IMG/VR virus record: IMGVR_UViG_3300014631_000001
Coordinates: 1-19,661 of that record
Strand: one strand, 5' to 3'
From: a virus
Taxonomy: Duplodnaviria; Heunggongvirae; Uroviricota; Caudoviricetes
DNA: 19,661 nt
The position numbers and the translations under genes were made by a program. Shown here in pieces: positions 1-10,500 of the stretch. The stretch's first letter is position 1, and every line of letters starts with the position of its first letter. The notes beneath the pieces are model-generated. The model ran no database searches and was not told the origin of the DNA. It saw only the letters and a program-made list of their open reading frames with translations.

Positions 1-282
1 GCTCACTATGCCGTCTCACCGAGAGAACTACTTCAGCTGCCGTTGGCCATGTTTTGGATGTTGAGTCGAAACATTGATCGTCTCCGGGCTGAAGAGGATG
101 TCCGTAGTTTCCAGGTGGCAAGAGTCGCCCAGGCAGATGCTGATAGCGGCAAGGCGTTCATGGAGGGTTTGCAACACCGTATTGGAAGACCAGTCGTTAC
201 CGATAAAGTCTACGATCCAAGTTATGCGAAAGCAGACCCCGACGCCAAAGAGCAACTGATGAAAATTTTTGGCGCAGGATGA
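1..282 (+). CDS. Tail assembly chaperone, C-terminal (lambda GT/T-like) portion; 5'-truncated by the window edge
   Basis: The frame of ORF 43..282 is open from base 1 (AHYAVSPRELLQLPLAMFWMLSRNIDRLRAEED...). It sits immediately before the tape measure gene, the canonical position of the chaperone T domain. Confidence 0.6.
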   Translation, partial: AHYAVSPRELLQLPLAMFWMLSRNIDRLRAEEDVRSFQVARVAQADADSGKAFMEGLQHRIGRPVVTDKVYDPSYAKADPDAKEQLMKIFGAG

Positions 283-289
283 CAAGGGA

Positions 290-3200
290 ATGTCTGACAA
301 CGTAGAGTTTATTCTGTCGCTGGACGATAAAAAGTTCACCGCGGCAATCGACCGGGCGGGAAAACTGCTGGTCAGTTTTGGCGAGAAGGCCACAAAGCCA
401 GCCCAAAAAATCGCAACACTTGAGCGCTCTCTTGGTTCCGTCGCCGGGATTTTGGGGACGCTCGACAAAAAGCTGGAATCCGTCGCCAATGGTCTTCAAG
501 ACCTGGGCGCCGGTTTCGAGCTTGTCTCTAAAGCAATGCGCGACACCAGACAAGAGTTGGTGACGTTCAATGCCAACCTCAAAACCTACACCACACGCAT
601 TGATGCAGCCGACAAAGCCACGAAGGGGTTTCATCATTCGCTGCAGGCTGTTCAATCTGAGCTGAGTGATTTCTCCGATTGGGCTAATCACGCTGGTCGT
701 GCGGCCTCATCATTTAGCCACGAGGTCAAAGAAGCCAACACCGCCACCTCTGGCATGAACACGCGATTGTCCAACTCCAGCAAGAAAATGGAGAATTGGG
801 CTGCATCATCTACTAAAGCCGCTACCCAGATGAAAAAGGTTGTGGCGGAAATGGATGCGCTAATCAACCGCCAAAGAGAATTGGGCAATCTAAGAGCTGA
901 TGTACGTGGCCCTGGCCGCGGCGGTTCTGGTGATTCAGGCGGTGGATCTGGTCGTGGCGGTCGCCATTCCAGCGGTGGGCTGATGGACGGCATGAAAGGC
1001 AACATCTTCATGCTGGGTGAAATTGGTGATGCTGCATACACCGTCAAGGAGATGCTTTTCGGTTGGCAGGAGCCGATTGTAGAAGCGGCTGCCCAGATGC
1101 AGAAGATGCGCATCTTGCTTGAAGGTATGAATAAAGAAGCTGCCAACCCTAAATTGGCTGCTACCAATGACATGAACTACATCGTGAACATGGCTAAAAC
1201 AGCCCCGTTTGCTATGGAAGCGTTGACTGACGCGTTCGTTAAGTTCAAGTCAGCTGGCATCGATCCTGCCAATGGCTCGCTGAAGTCTCTCGTTGACTCT
1301 GTGGCGCGATTTGGTGGCGATAGTGAGTTGTTGAAGCGCGCAGCTGTAGCAATCCAGCAGATGTCCGGTAAGGGCGTTATTTCGATGGAAGAGCTGCGTC
1401 AGCAATTAGGTGAAGCGGTTCCTACCGCGATGCAGGCAATGGCAGATTCTGCAGGTGTCACCATGGGTCAACTGACCAAGGCGATTTCTACCGGTACGGT
1501 GTCGGCCAAACAGGGGCTGGAGCTGCTATTTCAGGGGCTTGATGCACAAAGCCGTGGCTCAGCTGAGAATCTGATGCAAGCTTACACTGGCGCGCTGGCT
1601 CAATTACAGACCTCGTTCACTCTATTTGCCGATCGCATAGGTAAAGCAGGATACCTCAACTCAATCACCAATGCCTTCAAAGAGCTGTCCACCTACATGA
1701 ACAGCACCGATGGCAAAGTGTTTGCGCAAGACCTTGGCGAAGGGCTTTCCAAAGCTGTGGATGGCCTGATGGATATGGCGAAGTGGGCGGAGCGGAACAA
1801 AGAGCTTCTGTTAACACTTGGCCAGGTCGCGCTTGGTATGGTGGGGTTCAAGGTTCTCAAAGGAACTATTTCAGGTGTAGCCACAGCTGGCGCCGAGATG
1901 GGCGGTGGTCTGAAAAAGGCATTTGAGGTTGTTAATGGAGCCGGTGCTAAAACCATTGGTGCAATTGGCAAAGTCATTACCTCAATCAGAACGTTCGGCA
2001 CTACTGCGACTCTGATCATTGGCGTAGGTGAAGCAATCAAGATGGTTCGCGCCGCTTGGCTCGCTTTTTCAGCTGTAGTTGTCGCAAATCCAGTTGGCGC
2101 AGCTATTACAGCTATCGCTATCGCGGTAGGTGGCCTGATTGCCGTCATGTCTTCTCTGAGAGATAAAACAGCGGAGACTGTTGCCGAGATTCGTAAAATC
2201 CCGGAAGCAATGACTGCGGCGCAGCGTTCTCAAATGACTGCCCGCGCAAGTGAACTGGATCGCAAAAACGCGCTGGATCAGCAGACGCTGGATATGGTAT
2301 CGAGCGGCAAAATGTCTGGTGTCGGCGTTGACACCAAACTTATTCAAGACCGTTTAGCCAGAAACAAAGCCGAATCAACAATGCTGAAAGAAACCATCGG
2401 CATGGGGGATAAAGCTCAATACGAGAACCTGGCGCGGGACATCGTCACCAAACGCCTTGAAGACGTAGACAATGGCATCAAAGCAGGTATGGCGAAGTAC
2501 AGTACCACCAGCCTGAAAGATGCGCGCAACAAGCGCACCGTTCTCTCTCAAGATCAGAAGATGTCGCCGTCTGAGAAGAGTGCGCAGCTGGAAGCGATTA
2601 ACAAAGCCGACCGAGATGCCCATCTGAAGCCATTCTTAGAAGGAGCAGACAAGACTCAGAAAATCGTTGATAACCTTGGGCAAGAAGTCGTTCGCATCAG
2701 CAAATCGCTGGAAAACCCAGCCCTAAATGAAAGCGACCGTTCCCGACTTCAAGGGCAGCTGAATGGGCAATCTCAGGCATTCAGCACTGCGCAAGATTCT
2801 CTGAAAGGGCTTCAAGAGCAGATTAAGAACATCCGCGAGCAATCCGGCAAGGGCTTGCAGATGCTAGATGGCTCTTATTACACCGGTGTTGGAGGTACCA
2901 AAAAGCAAGATGACCGTCTGAACTCGCTGTTTGTTAATTCCCAGCTCGGTACTGGTAAGCAAACTAGAATGAACCCAGACGGCACAATCATGCGTGACAT
3001 TGCCGGTGATGCTGTGATGGGCGATGCCCAGCTAAAGGCCAACACGAAGTTGCGATCTATCTACGGCGAAACCATCAAGATGGAGCAACTTACCGCAGAC
3101 CAGCGCGAGAAGATTTCTTCCATCCTGACCGCGGCAAAGCTGAAAGATGAGCAAAAAGCCCAGCGTGCAGCTGAGCGAGCGGGTAAATCCGCTGAATCAG

Positions 3201-4870
3201 CGGCTAAGCGTGAGGAGAGTGCGCGTCAAAAGGCAATTAAAGCCAATGAGACGTGGATCGGAAAAGCGGAGCAGATGGCCGGCCAGCTGGGGCTGTCATC
3301 GAAAGCGAGCGTTGAGTTCGACCAGAACATTCAGGAAGTCACTAAGCACCTGACTGAGATGGCTAACGCAGTGCCAAGCGATACGCTTTCCAAGGGGATG
3401 ATCGACAACGCCCAAACCATGCTTGCGTTCATCAACCAGAACAAAAACGCCTACTCCAAGCGACTCAATCAAGACGCTGCCGAGCAAAGCATTACCAAGT
3501 TCGCGCCGATGGTCAACAAGGTGGTTAATTCCGGCTACACCCCGGATTATCAGTCTGCGGCGGCCGAGTGGAATAAGAAGTTTAACGAAAGCCTGGCTTA
3601 CCTGCAAAGTCAGTCGAAGAACGCTCAAGACCAGGGCATGAAAGGGGTGTACGACCGTGCAATCTCACAAATGCTGGCTGGCCGAAATAAAGCGTTTATT
3701 GCAGAGGTTGGCACATCTCAGCAGAAGTTGGCGCAGGAGTACAGCGATGTAGCCTCGCAAATGGAATCTGTGTGGACGAGCTGCTTCGAAAATCTGACTG
3801 ATAAGCTGACCGAGTTCGTTAAAACCGGCAAGTTCAGCATCGCTGATTTTGGTGATTACATCTTTGACGAAATGTTGAAGGTTAGCACCAAAGCACTGGT
3901 TGTTGAGCCGCTTATGCAGTCGCTGGGCATGGGTACAAACTCAGGAGCCAGTTGGGGCGATAAGCTGTCGGGTGCCAAAGATGCGGTTATGGGGAGCTTC
4001 ACCAAAACCCAGCAATCAGGCTCGCCAGTAGAGGCAATGTCTTCACCAGCCAGCACCGGTAACGACTCTGGCAGCATGTTTGATGGGCTAAAGAACTCCT
4101 TCAAGTCACTGACCACATCCGTATCAGATCTGGCGTCATCAGGTTTGAAAAGCCTGAAAGATGGCTTTAACGAATTGACGGGCAGCACCAAAAACTCGAC
4201 TTCAGCGGTAACGCAGAATGCAGTCTCTACCCAAGAGGCGACTTCTGCAACGCGTGGGTTCACTTTGTCAGCAAGCACGGCTGTAACTGCGATCGGCGCG
4301 ACGATTTCAGCGTTGGGCGCTGCGACAGGCAATAAGTGGATGGGGTATGTAGGGGCGGCCGCGAGCATTATGGGGTTGGCATCATCTGCGTATGGCGCGA
4401 TGTCCTCTGCCGGTTGGACAGGAAACTCGGCCAGCACGGTGCAGGATGGAACCAAGGGTCTTCAGGTCAAGCCAAACGCCAGTCAGTTCCAGGTAACTGC
4501 ACACGCTAAGGGTGGGGTGTTCGGTCCAGACGGTGTGGTTCCTCTCAAAAAGTATGCCAAAGGCGGTATCGCTTCATCCCCGCAACTTGCCTTGTTTGGC
4601 GAGGGCAGTCACAAAGAGGCGTATGTGCCACTACCAGACGGCCGTTCGATCCCGGTGACGTTTACTGGCGGTGGCGAGGGTGCAGGCGGCGACAGTGTGG
4701 CGATTTCTATCACTGTTCAGAATTACGGTGACGGTAGCAGCAAGTCATCTGAGAACTCGGACAACGGCTCTCAGTGGAACGATATGGCTCGCAAAGTTAA
4801 GGCGGTCGTGCTTGACACACTGACCGACGAGAGCAGACCGGGCGGCATGTTAAGCAGCACAAGCAAATAA
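290..4870 (+). CDS. Tail tape measure protein
   Basis: Very long Ala/Gly/Ser/Lys-rich helical ORF. It has a tape-measure N-terminal motif (AIQQMSGKGVISMEELRQQLGEAVP) and a lambda H-like C-terminus (HAKGGVF...AKGGI...FGEGSHKEAYVPL). The ATG at 290 is preferred over 269 because it follows the upstream stop (280-282) and purine-rich SD-like sequence. Confidence 0.93.
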   Translation: MSDNVEFILSLDDKKFTAAIDRAGKLLVSFGEKATKPAQKIATLERSLGSVAGILGTLDKKLESVANGLQDLGAGFELVSKAMRDTRQELVTFNANLKTYTTRIDAADKATKGFHHSLQAVQSELSDFSDWANHAGRAASSFSHEVKEANTATSGMNTRLSNSSKKMENWAASSTKAATQMKKVVAEMDALINRQRELGNLRADVRGPGRGGSGDSGGGSGRGGRHSSGGLMDGMKGNIFMLGEIGDAAYTVKEMLFGWQEPIVEAAAQMQKMRILLEGMNKEAANPKLAATNDMNYIVNMAKTAPFAMEALTDAFVKFKSAGIDPANGSLKSLVDSVARFGGDSELLKRAAVAIQQMSGKGVISMEELRQQLGEAVPTAMQAMADSAGVTMGQLTKAISTGTVSAKQGLELLFQGLDAQSRGSAENLMQAYTGALAQLQTSFTLFADRIGKAGYLNSITNAFKELSTYMNSTDGKVFAQDLGEGLSKAVDGLMDMAKWAERNKELLLTLGQVALGMVGFKVLKGTISGVATAGAEMGGGLKKAFEVVNGAGAKTIGAIGKVITSIRTFGTTATLIIGVGEAIKMVRAAWLAFSAVVVANPVGAAITAIAIAVGGLIAVMSSLRDKTAETVAEIRKIPEAMTAAQRSQMTARASELDRKNALDQQTLDMVSSGKMSGVGVDTKLIQDRLARNKAESTMLKETIGMGDKAQYENLARDIVTKRLEDVDNGIKAGMAKYSTTSLKDARNKRTVLSQDQKMSPSEKSAQLEAINKADRDAHLKPFLEGADKTQKIVDNLGQEVVRISKSLENPALNESDRSRLQGQLNGQSQAFSTAQDSLKGLQEQIKNIREQSGKGLQMLDGSYYTGVGGTKKQDDRLNSLFVNSQLGTGKQTRMNPDGTIMRDIAGDAVMGDAQLKANTKLRSIYGETIKMEQLTADQREKISSILTAAKLKDEQKAQRAAERAGKSAESAAKREESARQKAIKANETWIGKAEQMAGQLGLSSKASVEFDQNIQEVTKHLTEMANAVPSDTLSKGMIDNAQTMLAFINQNKNAYSKRLNQDAAEQSITKFAPMVNKVVNSGYTPDYQSAAAEWNKKFNESLAYLQSQSKNAQDQGMKGVYDRAISQMLAGRNKAFIAEVGTSQQKLAQEYSDVASQMESVWTSCFENLTDKLTEFVKTGKFSIADFGDYIFDEMLKVSTKALVVEPLMQSLGMGTNSGASWGDKLSGAKDAVMGSFTKTQQSGSPVEAMSSPASTGNDSGSMFDGLKNSFKSLTTSVSDLASSGLKSLKDGFNELTGSTKNSTSAVTQNAVSTQEATSATRGFTLSASTAVTAIGATISALGAATGNKWMGYVGAAASIMGLASSAYGAMSSAGWTGNSASTVQDGTKGLQVKPNASQFQVTAHAKGGVFGPDGVVPLKKYAKGGIASSPQLALFGEGSHKEAYVPLPDGRSIPVTFTGGGEGAGGDSVAISITVQNYGDGSSKSSENSDNGSQWNDMARKVKAVVLDTLTDESRPGGMLSSTSK

Positions 4871-4880
4871 GGAGTGGGTA

Positions 4881-5213
4881 ATGTCAAGGACGACATTTAC
4901 CTGGTTCCCGTTGTTTGATTCCGAGAAGGAGGTGAAGCCGGAAGTAACCCGGCTCGCCTTCAACGAAGGGTATGAGCAACGTGTAACCAGTGGTTTGAAC
5001 TGGCGCAAATTCAGCTGGGATCTGCAATTCCAGGGGACACGAGCTGAAATGCAGGAGATCGACGACTTCCTGTATGCGCGCGGAGGGGTGGAGTCATTTA
5101 ACTGGACTTCACCAAACGGGCAGAGGGTTGTAGTGGTGAGCGATAGCCATAAGGTCAAAAACTCACGAGGGTACGCGACCTTGACCACAACTTTCCGCCA
5201 GGTATTTGAGTAA
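4881..5213 (+). CDS. gpM: Minor tail protein, lambda gpM-like (distal tail)
   Basis: 110 aa with FNEGYEQRVTSGLN and IDDFLYARGGVESFNWTSP motifs; AAGGAG SD; lies directly after the tape measure gene. Confidence 0.88.
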   Translation: MSRTTFTWFPLFDSEKEVKPEVTRLAFNEGYEQRVTSGLNWRKFSWDLQFQGTRAEMQEIDDFLYARGGVESFNWTSPNGQRVVVVSDSHKVKNSRGYATLTTTFRQVFE

Positions 5214-5261
5214 CAAAAGCCCCAAAGGATGGGGGCTAATCTTCAAGGATGAAGACAGAAA

Positions 5262-5960
5262 ATGGAATCTATTGCATCGAGTATTCAGTCACTCCAACCG
5301 AGTGCGCTGATTGAAGTGTTTGAGCTGGATATGTCGGTAACTACCAGCGGTGGAAAGCTGTATTTTCATGCAGGCACCAATGAACTTTCTGAACCAATTA
5401 TTTGGCAGGGGGTAACCTATAAACCATGGCCAATTGCGGCATCTGGTTTCGATAAAAGTGGCCAGGGCAAGTTACCGCGACCAAAACTGCAGGTGAGTAA
5501 CCTCGATGGCATTATTTCGGCTGAAGTGCAGTCGAATGAGGATTTGATCGGCTGTAAGCTGATTCGTCGAGTCACGCTCGCTCGTTTTTTAGATGCTGCC
5601 AACTTTACTGAGGGCAACTCTACAGCTGACCCGAACCAGCATTTTGCCGATGAGATGTGGTACATCGACCAGAAGACTTTTGAGGATCGCGAGATTGTTG
5701 AGTTTGAGCTTGCCTCAGCCTTCGATCTAATGGGGGTTATGCTACCCAACCGCCAGATCGTCAAAAACTCATGCCAGTGGCGGTATCGAAGCGCTGAGTG
5801 CGGTTATACCGGTCCCTACTTTGACAAAAATGATGCGCCAACCAAACTGGCCAGCGCCGACTATTGCACTAAGCGATTGTCATCGTGCCGTGCTCGGATT
5901 AATTACTTTGCCAATGGCATCATTGCATTTGGCGGGTTCCCCGGAGCAAACCGCGCATGA
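5262..5960 (+). CDS. gpL: Minor tail tip protein, lambda gpL-like
   Basis: IEVFELD start, YFHAGTN, RRVTLARFLDAANF, and a C-terminal four-Cys cluster (CQWRYRSAECGY...CTKRLSSC) ending FGGFPG. Confidence 0.92.
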   Translation: MESIASSIQSLQPSALIEVFELDMSVTTSGGKLYFHAGTNELSEPIIWQGVTYKPWPIAASGFDKSGQGKLPRPKLQVSNLDGIISAEVQSNEDLIGCKLIRRVTLARFLDAANFTEGNSTADPNQHFADEMWYIDQKTFEDREIVEFELASAFDLMGVMLPNRQIVKNSCQWRYRSAECGYTGPYFDKNDAPTKLASADYCTKRLSSCRARINYFANGIIAFGGFPGANRA

Positions 5961-6733
5961 TGAAGAATGAAATGATGAATGCAAAGTTGCTTGGCGCTAT
6001 GCGCCTTGCCGCTTTGCAGGAATATCCAAATGAGGCTTGCGGCCTGCTTGTTAATACAAGAGCGAACAAGTATGAGTTAATTGTTTGCCGAAACGTCGCT
6101 GATGATCCTGAAAACTATTTTGTCATGCACGCCGAAGACCAAATTGCAGCTGAGAGAGCTGGCGAGGTGGTTGGTGTTTGGCATTCGCATACTGACGAGG
6201 ATAATCAGGCGTCTGAGGCAGATATGTCTGGTTGTGAAGCATCAGAGTTACCGTGGTTTATTATAAACATCAGCAAAAACTACAATCCTGAAATTGATGC
6301 AGAGTATCGTTTTAGTGATGTAAATGTGATCAAGCCTTCTGGATTTGAAATGCCTTATGAGGGAAGACCGTACGCATTTGGGGTATTTGATTGCTGGCTG
6401 CTGTGCCGAGATTATTTAAAGCGTGAGAAAAATGTGGCTATTGGCGTCTGCCCTGAGTTGCATATCCCATCGTGGTGGGAAAGGGGGATTGATATTTTAA
6501 ACGACAACTTCCAGTCGCAGGATCTTATAAGATTGCCACCGGGAACCCCACGTCAAAATGGCGACATTTTCTTCATGCAGTTAGCATCGCAAGTTCCTGA
6601 TCACTGTGCAGTTTACATTGGCGATGGTATGATATTGCATCATCAAATGGATAGATTGAGCTGCAAAGCAATTTATGGCGGGATGTACGAAAAGCACACT
6701 ACGCACCATTTGAGACACAAGGATTTAATGTGA
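5957..6733 (+). CDS. gpK: Tail tip assembly protein, lambda gpK-like (JAB/MPN plus NlpC/P60 domains)
   Basis: EYPNEACGLL...HSH...SEAD JAMM motif, then FGVFDCWLLCRDY and HCAVY...ILHH NlpC/P60 catalytic residues; ATGA overlap with L. Confidence 0.92.
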   Translation: MMKNEMMNAKLLGAMRLAALQEYPNEACGLLVNTRANKYELIVCRNVADDPENYFVMHAEDQIAAERAGEVVGVWHSHTDEDNQASEADMSGCEASELPWFIINISKNYNPEIDAEYRFSDVNVIKPSGFEMPYEGRPYAFGVFDCWLLCRDYLKREKNVAIGVCPELHIPSWWERGIDILNDNFQSQDLIRLPPGTPRQNGDIFFMQLASQVPDHCAVYIGDGMILHHQMDRLSCKAIYGGMYEKHTTHHLRHKDLM

Positions 6734-6742
6734 GGGAAGACA

Positions 6743-7372
6743 ATGAGTGAAATGGCTATGGATAAGCCTGAACTTGTCACTGTCGAATTAGGTGGAGTTT
6801 TAGGTAAGAATTTTGGCAAGGTCCATCATGTTGCTGCAAATACTGTCCGGCGCGCAGTAAGTATTATTGACTGTAATCGCCCTGGTCTCGTAACCTGGAT
6901 GAAGATGAACGCTAAGAAATATCAGAAGTATCATATTTATGTCGAGCGTCATGATGGAGCAGTCTACGATATGAGTGAAGCCGAGTTCCAAATGGAAAAT
7001 AACGGAAGCATGAAATCGATCAGAATCACACCGATTTATCGTGGCTCTGGCTCAAAGGTTGTCGGTGCAGTTCAGGTTGTTGTTGGTGTTACTTTGATGG
7101 TAGTGGCAGTGTTTGCTTCGTCAGTAACCGGTGGTGCTTCATTGGCAATGTTTTCTGCTGGTTTTGCTATGGCCTTCGGTGGTGTCGCAGCGCTCTTGTC
7201 CAAGCAGCCATCAAATAAAATGACGACCGTTGATAATAAAGACTCGTACTACTTTGATGGGCCGCAAAATACAGTATCTCAAGGCAACCCCGTACAGCTC
7301 ATTTACGGTAAAGAGATTTTAGTCGGCTCCCAGATTGTCAGCGTCAAGATGTCAGTTGAGCAGATGCTTTAG
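6743..7372 (+). CDS. gpI: Tail assembly protein, lambda gpI-like
   Basis: VELGGVLGKNFGK N-terminus, hydrophobic Gly/Ala middle segment, SYYFDGPQNTVSQGNPVQLIYG...VGSQIVS C-terminus. Confidence 0.9.
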   Translation: MSEMAMDKPELVTVELGGVLGKNFGKVHHVAANTVRRAVSIIDCNRPGLVTWMKMNAKKYQKYHIYVERHDGAVYDMSEAEFQMENNGSMKSIRITPIYRGSGSKVVGAVQVVVGVTLMVVAVFASSVTGGASLAMFSAGFAMAFGGVAALLSKQPSNKMTTVDNKDSYYFDGPQNTVSQGNPVQLIYGKEILVGSQIVSVKMSVEQML

Positions 7373-7525
7373 TACATAACCACTACGCCAGGCTTAGACG
7401 TTTGCGGTGGTGGCTAAGGCAAATTAAGTAAAACAGTTGGGCATTGACAGGAGGTTGATGCCCAACCAAGCGCCGGCAGGATGCCAGCGATCACACATAA
7501 ATTGCACCAAAAAGGGAGATTTTCG

Positions 7526-10500
7526 GTGGCAACTGTTAAAGAAAGACGCCTGCTCGCCGGTTCTGGCGGTGGCAGCAAGGGCGGCGGTTCCGCGCACACG
7601 CCTGTAGAAGACAAAGATAATGTTCAGTCGCGATCACTCGCCTCAATCCTTGACCTTCTTGGTGAGGGAAAGATTGGTGGATTGATCAATGGCGGACAGT
7701 CAATTTTCCTCGACAATGTCCCAATTCTAAACCCGGACGGCACCAGTAACTTCAATGGGGTTAACTGGTGGTTTCGTGATGGAACCCAGAATCAGGCAGT
7801 GATCGAGGGCTTTGATGCGGTTGAAACACCGCATGATGTTGGCGTCCAAATCAAGCTGTCTACCCCTCGTACCATTCAGATCGACAACGATGATTCTGAC
7901 CAGGTGCGTGTCATTATGATGTTCCCGAAACTGACCAAAACGGATCAGAAGTCGGGCGACACCCACGGTACGACCGTTCAATTCCAGTTTGAGATCGCAT
8001 ACGGCACTACCTCGTTTAAGCCAATTAAACCGCAAGGTTATGCGTCACATGTCGTTACACTGAGCAAAAAGTCCAGCGGCAAACACTATCGTGAATATCT
8101 TTTTGATCTGCCCAAGCCAGGCTCAAACTATCGCATTCGCGTAAGCCGCGTGACCGCTGATAGCACCACTGACTATATCCAGGATCAGACTTGGCTCAGT
8201 CAGTACGGTGAAATCGTCAGTACAAAACTTAACTACCCGAACAGTGCGCTTGTTGGTCTTAAAATCGACTCGCAGCAATTTGGTAGTTCTGTGCCGGCGC
8301 GTTCCTACCTAGTCTCGGGTATGGAAATCCGCGTTCCGTCCAACTATGACCCGGTGCTTGGTACGTATTCGGGAGATTGGGATGGAACCTTCCGTTTAAT
8401 GGTATCTGACAATCCTGCCTGGATTTTGTACGACCTGCTCACCAGTAAGCGCTATGGCTTGGGGGAGTACGTCACTGAATCAATGATCAACATCGGCCAG
8501 CTTTACCAGATTGGGCGCTATTGCGATGAGCTGATCAATGATGGATTCGGGGGCAAGGAGAAGCGCTTCGCAATTAACACCGTAATTAACTCACGCGGTG
8601 AGGCGTACAAGGTTCTTCAGGACATCGTATCGACTTTCCGGGGGATGATTTTCTGGGCTGGTGGCATGGTTAACATCATGCAGGATAGCCCAAGTAGCCC
8701 GGTCATGCAGTTCAGTGCCGCGAACATCATTGGCAAAGTATCCTACAAAGGCTCTTCTCGCAAAGACCGCGCCACTGTAGCTCTCATCACTTACAACGAC
8801 AAAGATGACCTGTACAAGCAGAACATCGAGTACGTTGAAGATGAAGAGGGTATTAAGCGTTTTGGTGTACGTAAAACTGAATCAGTAGCTTTCGGTTGTA
8901 CCAGCCGTGGCCAGGCACACCGTGTTGGGCTTTGGACGCTTTACAGCAACCGCATGGAAACAGATCTGATCACCTTCACCTCTGGTATGGACGCATCGTT
9001 ACTCATGCCTGGCGAACTGGTGAAACTGCAAGATAAGTTCCGATCAGGGAAACGAAATTCCGGGCGCCTGGTGAACTACACCAAAAACAGCATCACACTC
9101 GACGCCTCTGTAAAACTGACTAAAGCCGGGAACACCGTCTCTTTCCTGAGTGCTAAAGGGAAGATGATTGATCGCGACCTTATTGAAGGCGCTGGCGAAT
9201 ACACTGTTGTCACCTTCAAGAAGGCATTAACTGAAGAAGAATACCCAGCGATTATGGGGATCTGGTCAGTCATTGAGCCTAATCTGGAGCCAATGCTGCT
9301 GCGTGTGCTGGCCGTTAACCAGAATGAGGAGAAGGGCGCCTTTGACATCGTGGGTGTGCAGCACAACCCTACGAAGTTTAACGCTATCGATGAAGGGGCG
9401 ATTCTCGTACCGTCGAAGACAACAATTCTAGACCCGACTTTCTCAACTCCAGAAAATCTGCAGGTGACGGAAGGGACATTCGTTTCCTCCCCGGGCAACC
9501 TTTCGGTAAAACTGATGGTGAGTTGGGAGGGCAAGTCGCCTTCGTATGTGCTGCGTTACCGTCGTTCCGATGTTGTTGAAGATTGGGTGACAACAGAGGT
9601 TAAGACTGAGCAGTACGATATTTTAAACGCTGCTGAGAATGGCATGTATGACATCGAACTGTACTCGATTTCAGCCACAGGCAGACGTTCTAGCGTCATT
9701 TCCATGGTGTACACCACTCTTGGAACGATGATGCCACCAGATGCGCCCACGCTTCTCACTGCGATCGGGGATTATCGCGTCAACGTTCTGGCATGGCAGC
9801 TGCCGGGCACAATTGACATCGACAAAATCAACATTTATGCCTCTCGCACCAATGATCTCACCACCGCGTCTCTGATTGCAGCGGTTACATCGACAACATT
9901 CACCCATAGCGGGCTGGGTGACGATGAAACGTGGTTCTATTGGGTGCGTGCTGTCAACAAGCGCGGCATGGTAAGTCAGCCAAACTCTTCTCTGGGAACC
10001 GAAGCCACAACGAAAGATGTGCTCTCTTTTTTAAAAAACAAAATCACTACTTCCGAATTAGGGAAGGAGCTTCTTGCTGATATTGATGGGAAAGCAACAG
10101 CTATCGATGTGGCAGCGCTTGAAGTGAAGGTGGATAAAGGGGTTGATAGCCTTTCTCAATCAGTCAGTGAGATGAAAGGATCGCTTACGGGTATGGAGCA
10201 AGCCCAGACAGACCTTCAGACCAGCGTGGGAGAGACACAACAAAAGGTAGAGGGCGCCCTGGCGGAGATGGATGAAGCCGCCGCCAAAGTCTTAAATCTG
10301 CAAGAGACGGTGAATGAGCAAAGCGAAGCAGTGGCAACCACTGTTGAGGCGGCTCAGGCTGCTCTGGACAACAGCAAGACGCTTATTGCTGAAGAGCAAA
10401 AAGCTCGTGTGGAAGCAGACTCTGCCCTGGGGCAAAAAATCGACACTATGGAATCTGTGGTCGATAGCGGTAAAGCCAGTATCAACGAGATGCAGAAAAC

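Noticed and set aside
269-289. ORF-track start of the tape measure gene at 269
   Set aside because: TTG inside the upstream gene with no SD; the ATG at 290 fits better.
28-5188. Minus-strand and alternate-frame ORFs overlapping the chaperone, tape measure and M genes (e.g. 28..489, 197..691, 688..1173, 1693..2148, 3856..4455, 4850..5188)
   Set aside because: Shadow ORFs fully overlapping well-supported genes, with no SD or recognisable motifs.
7425-7442. TAAGTA half-site resembling the TAGGTA palindrome upstream of J
   Set aside because: No matching second half-site at 6-nt spacing.
7481-7525. ORF-track start of J at 7481, and a short ORF from the ATG at 7458
   Set aside because: Both ATGs lie within hairpins with poorly spaced SDs; the GTG at 7526 has a proper SD and gives the typical J N-terminus.
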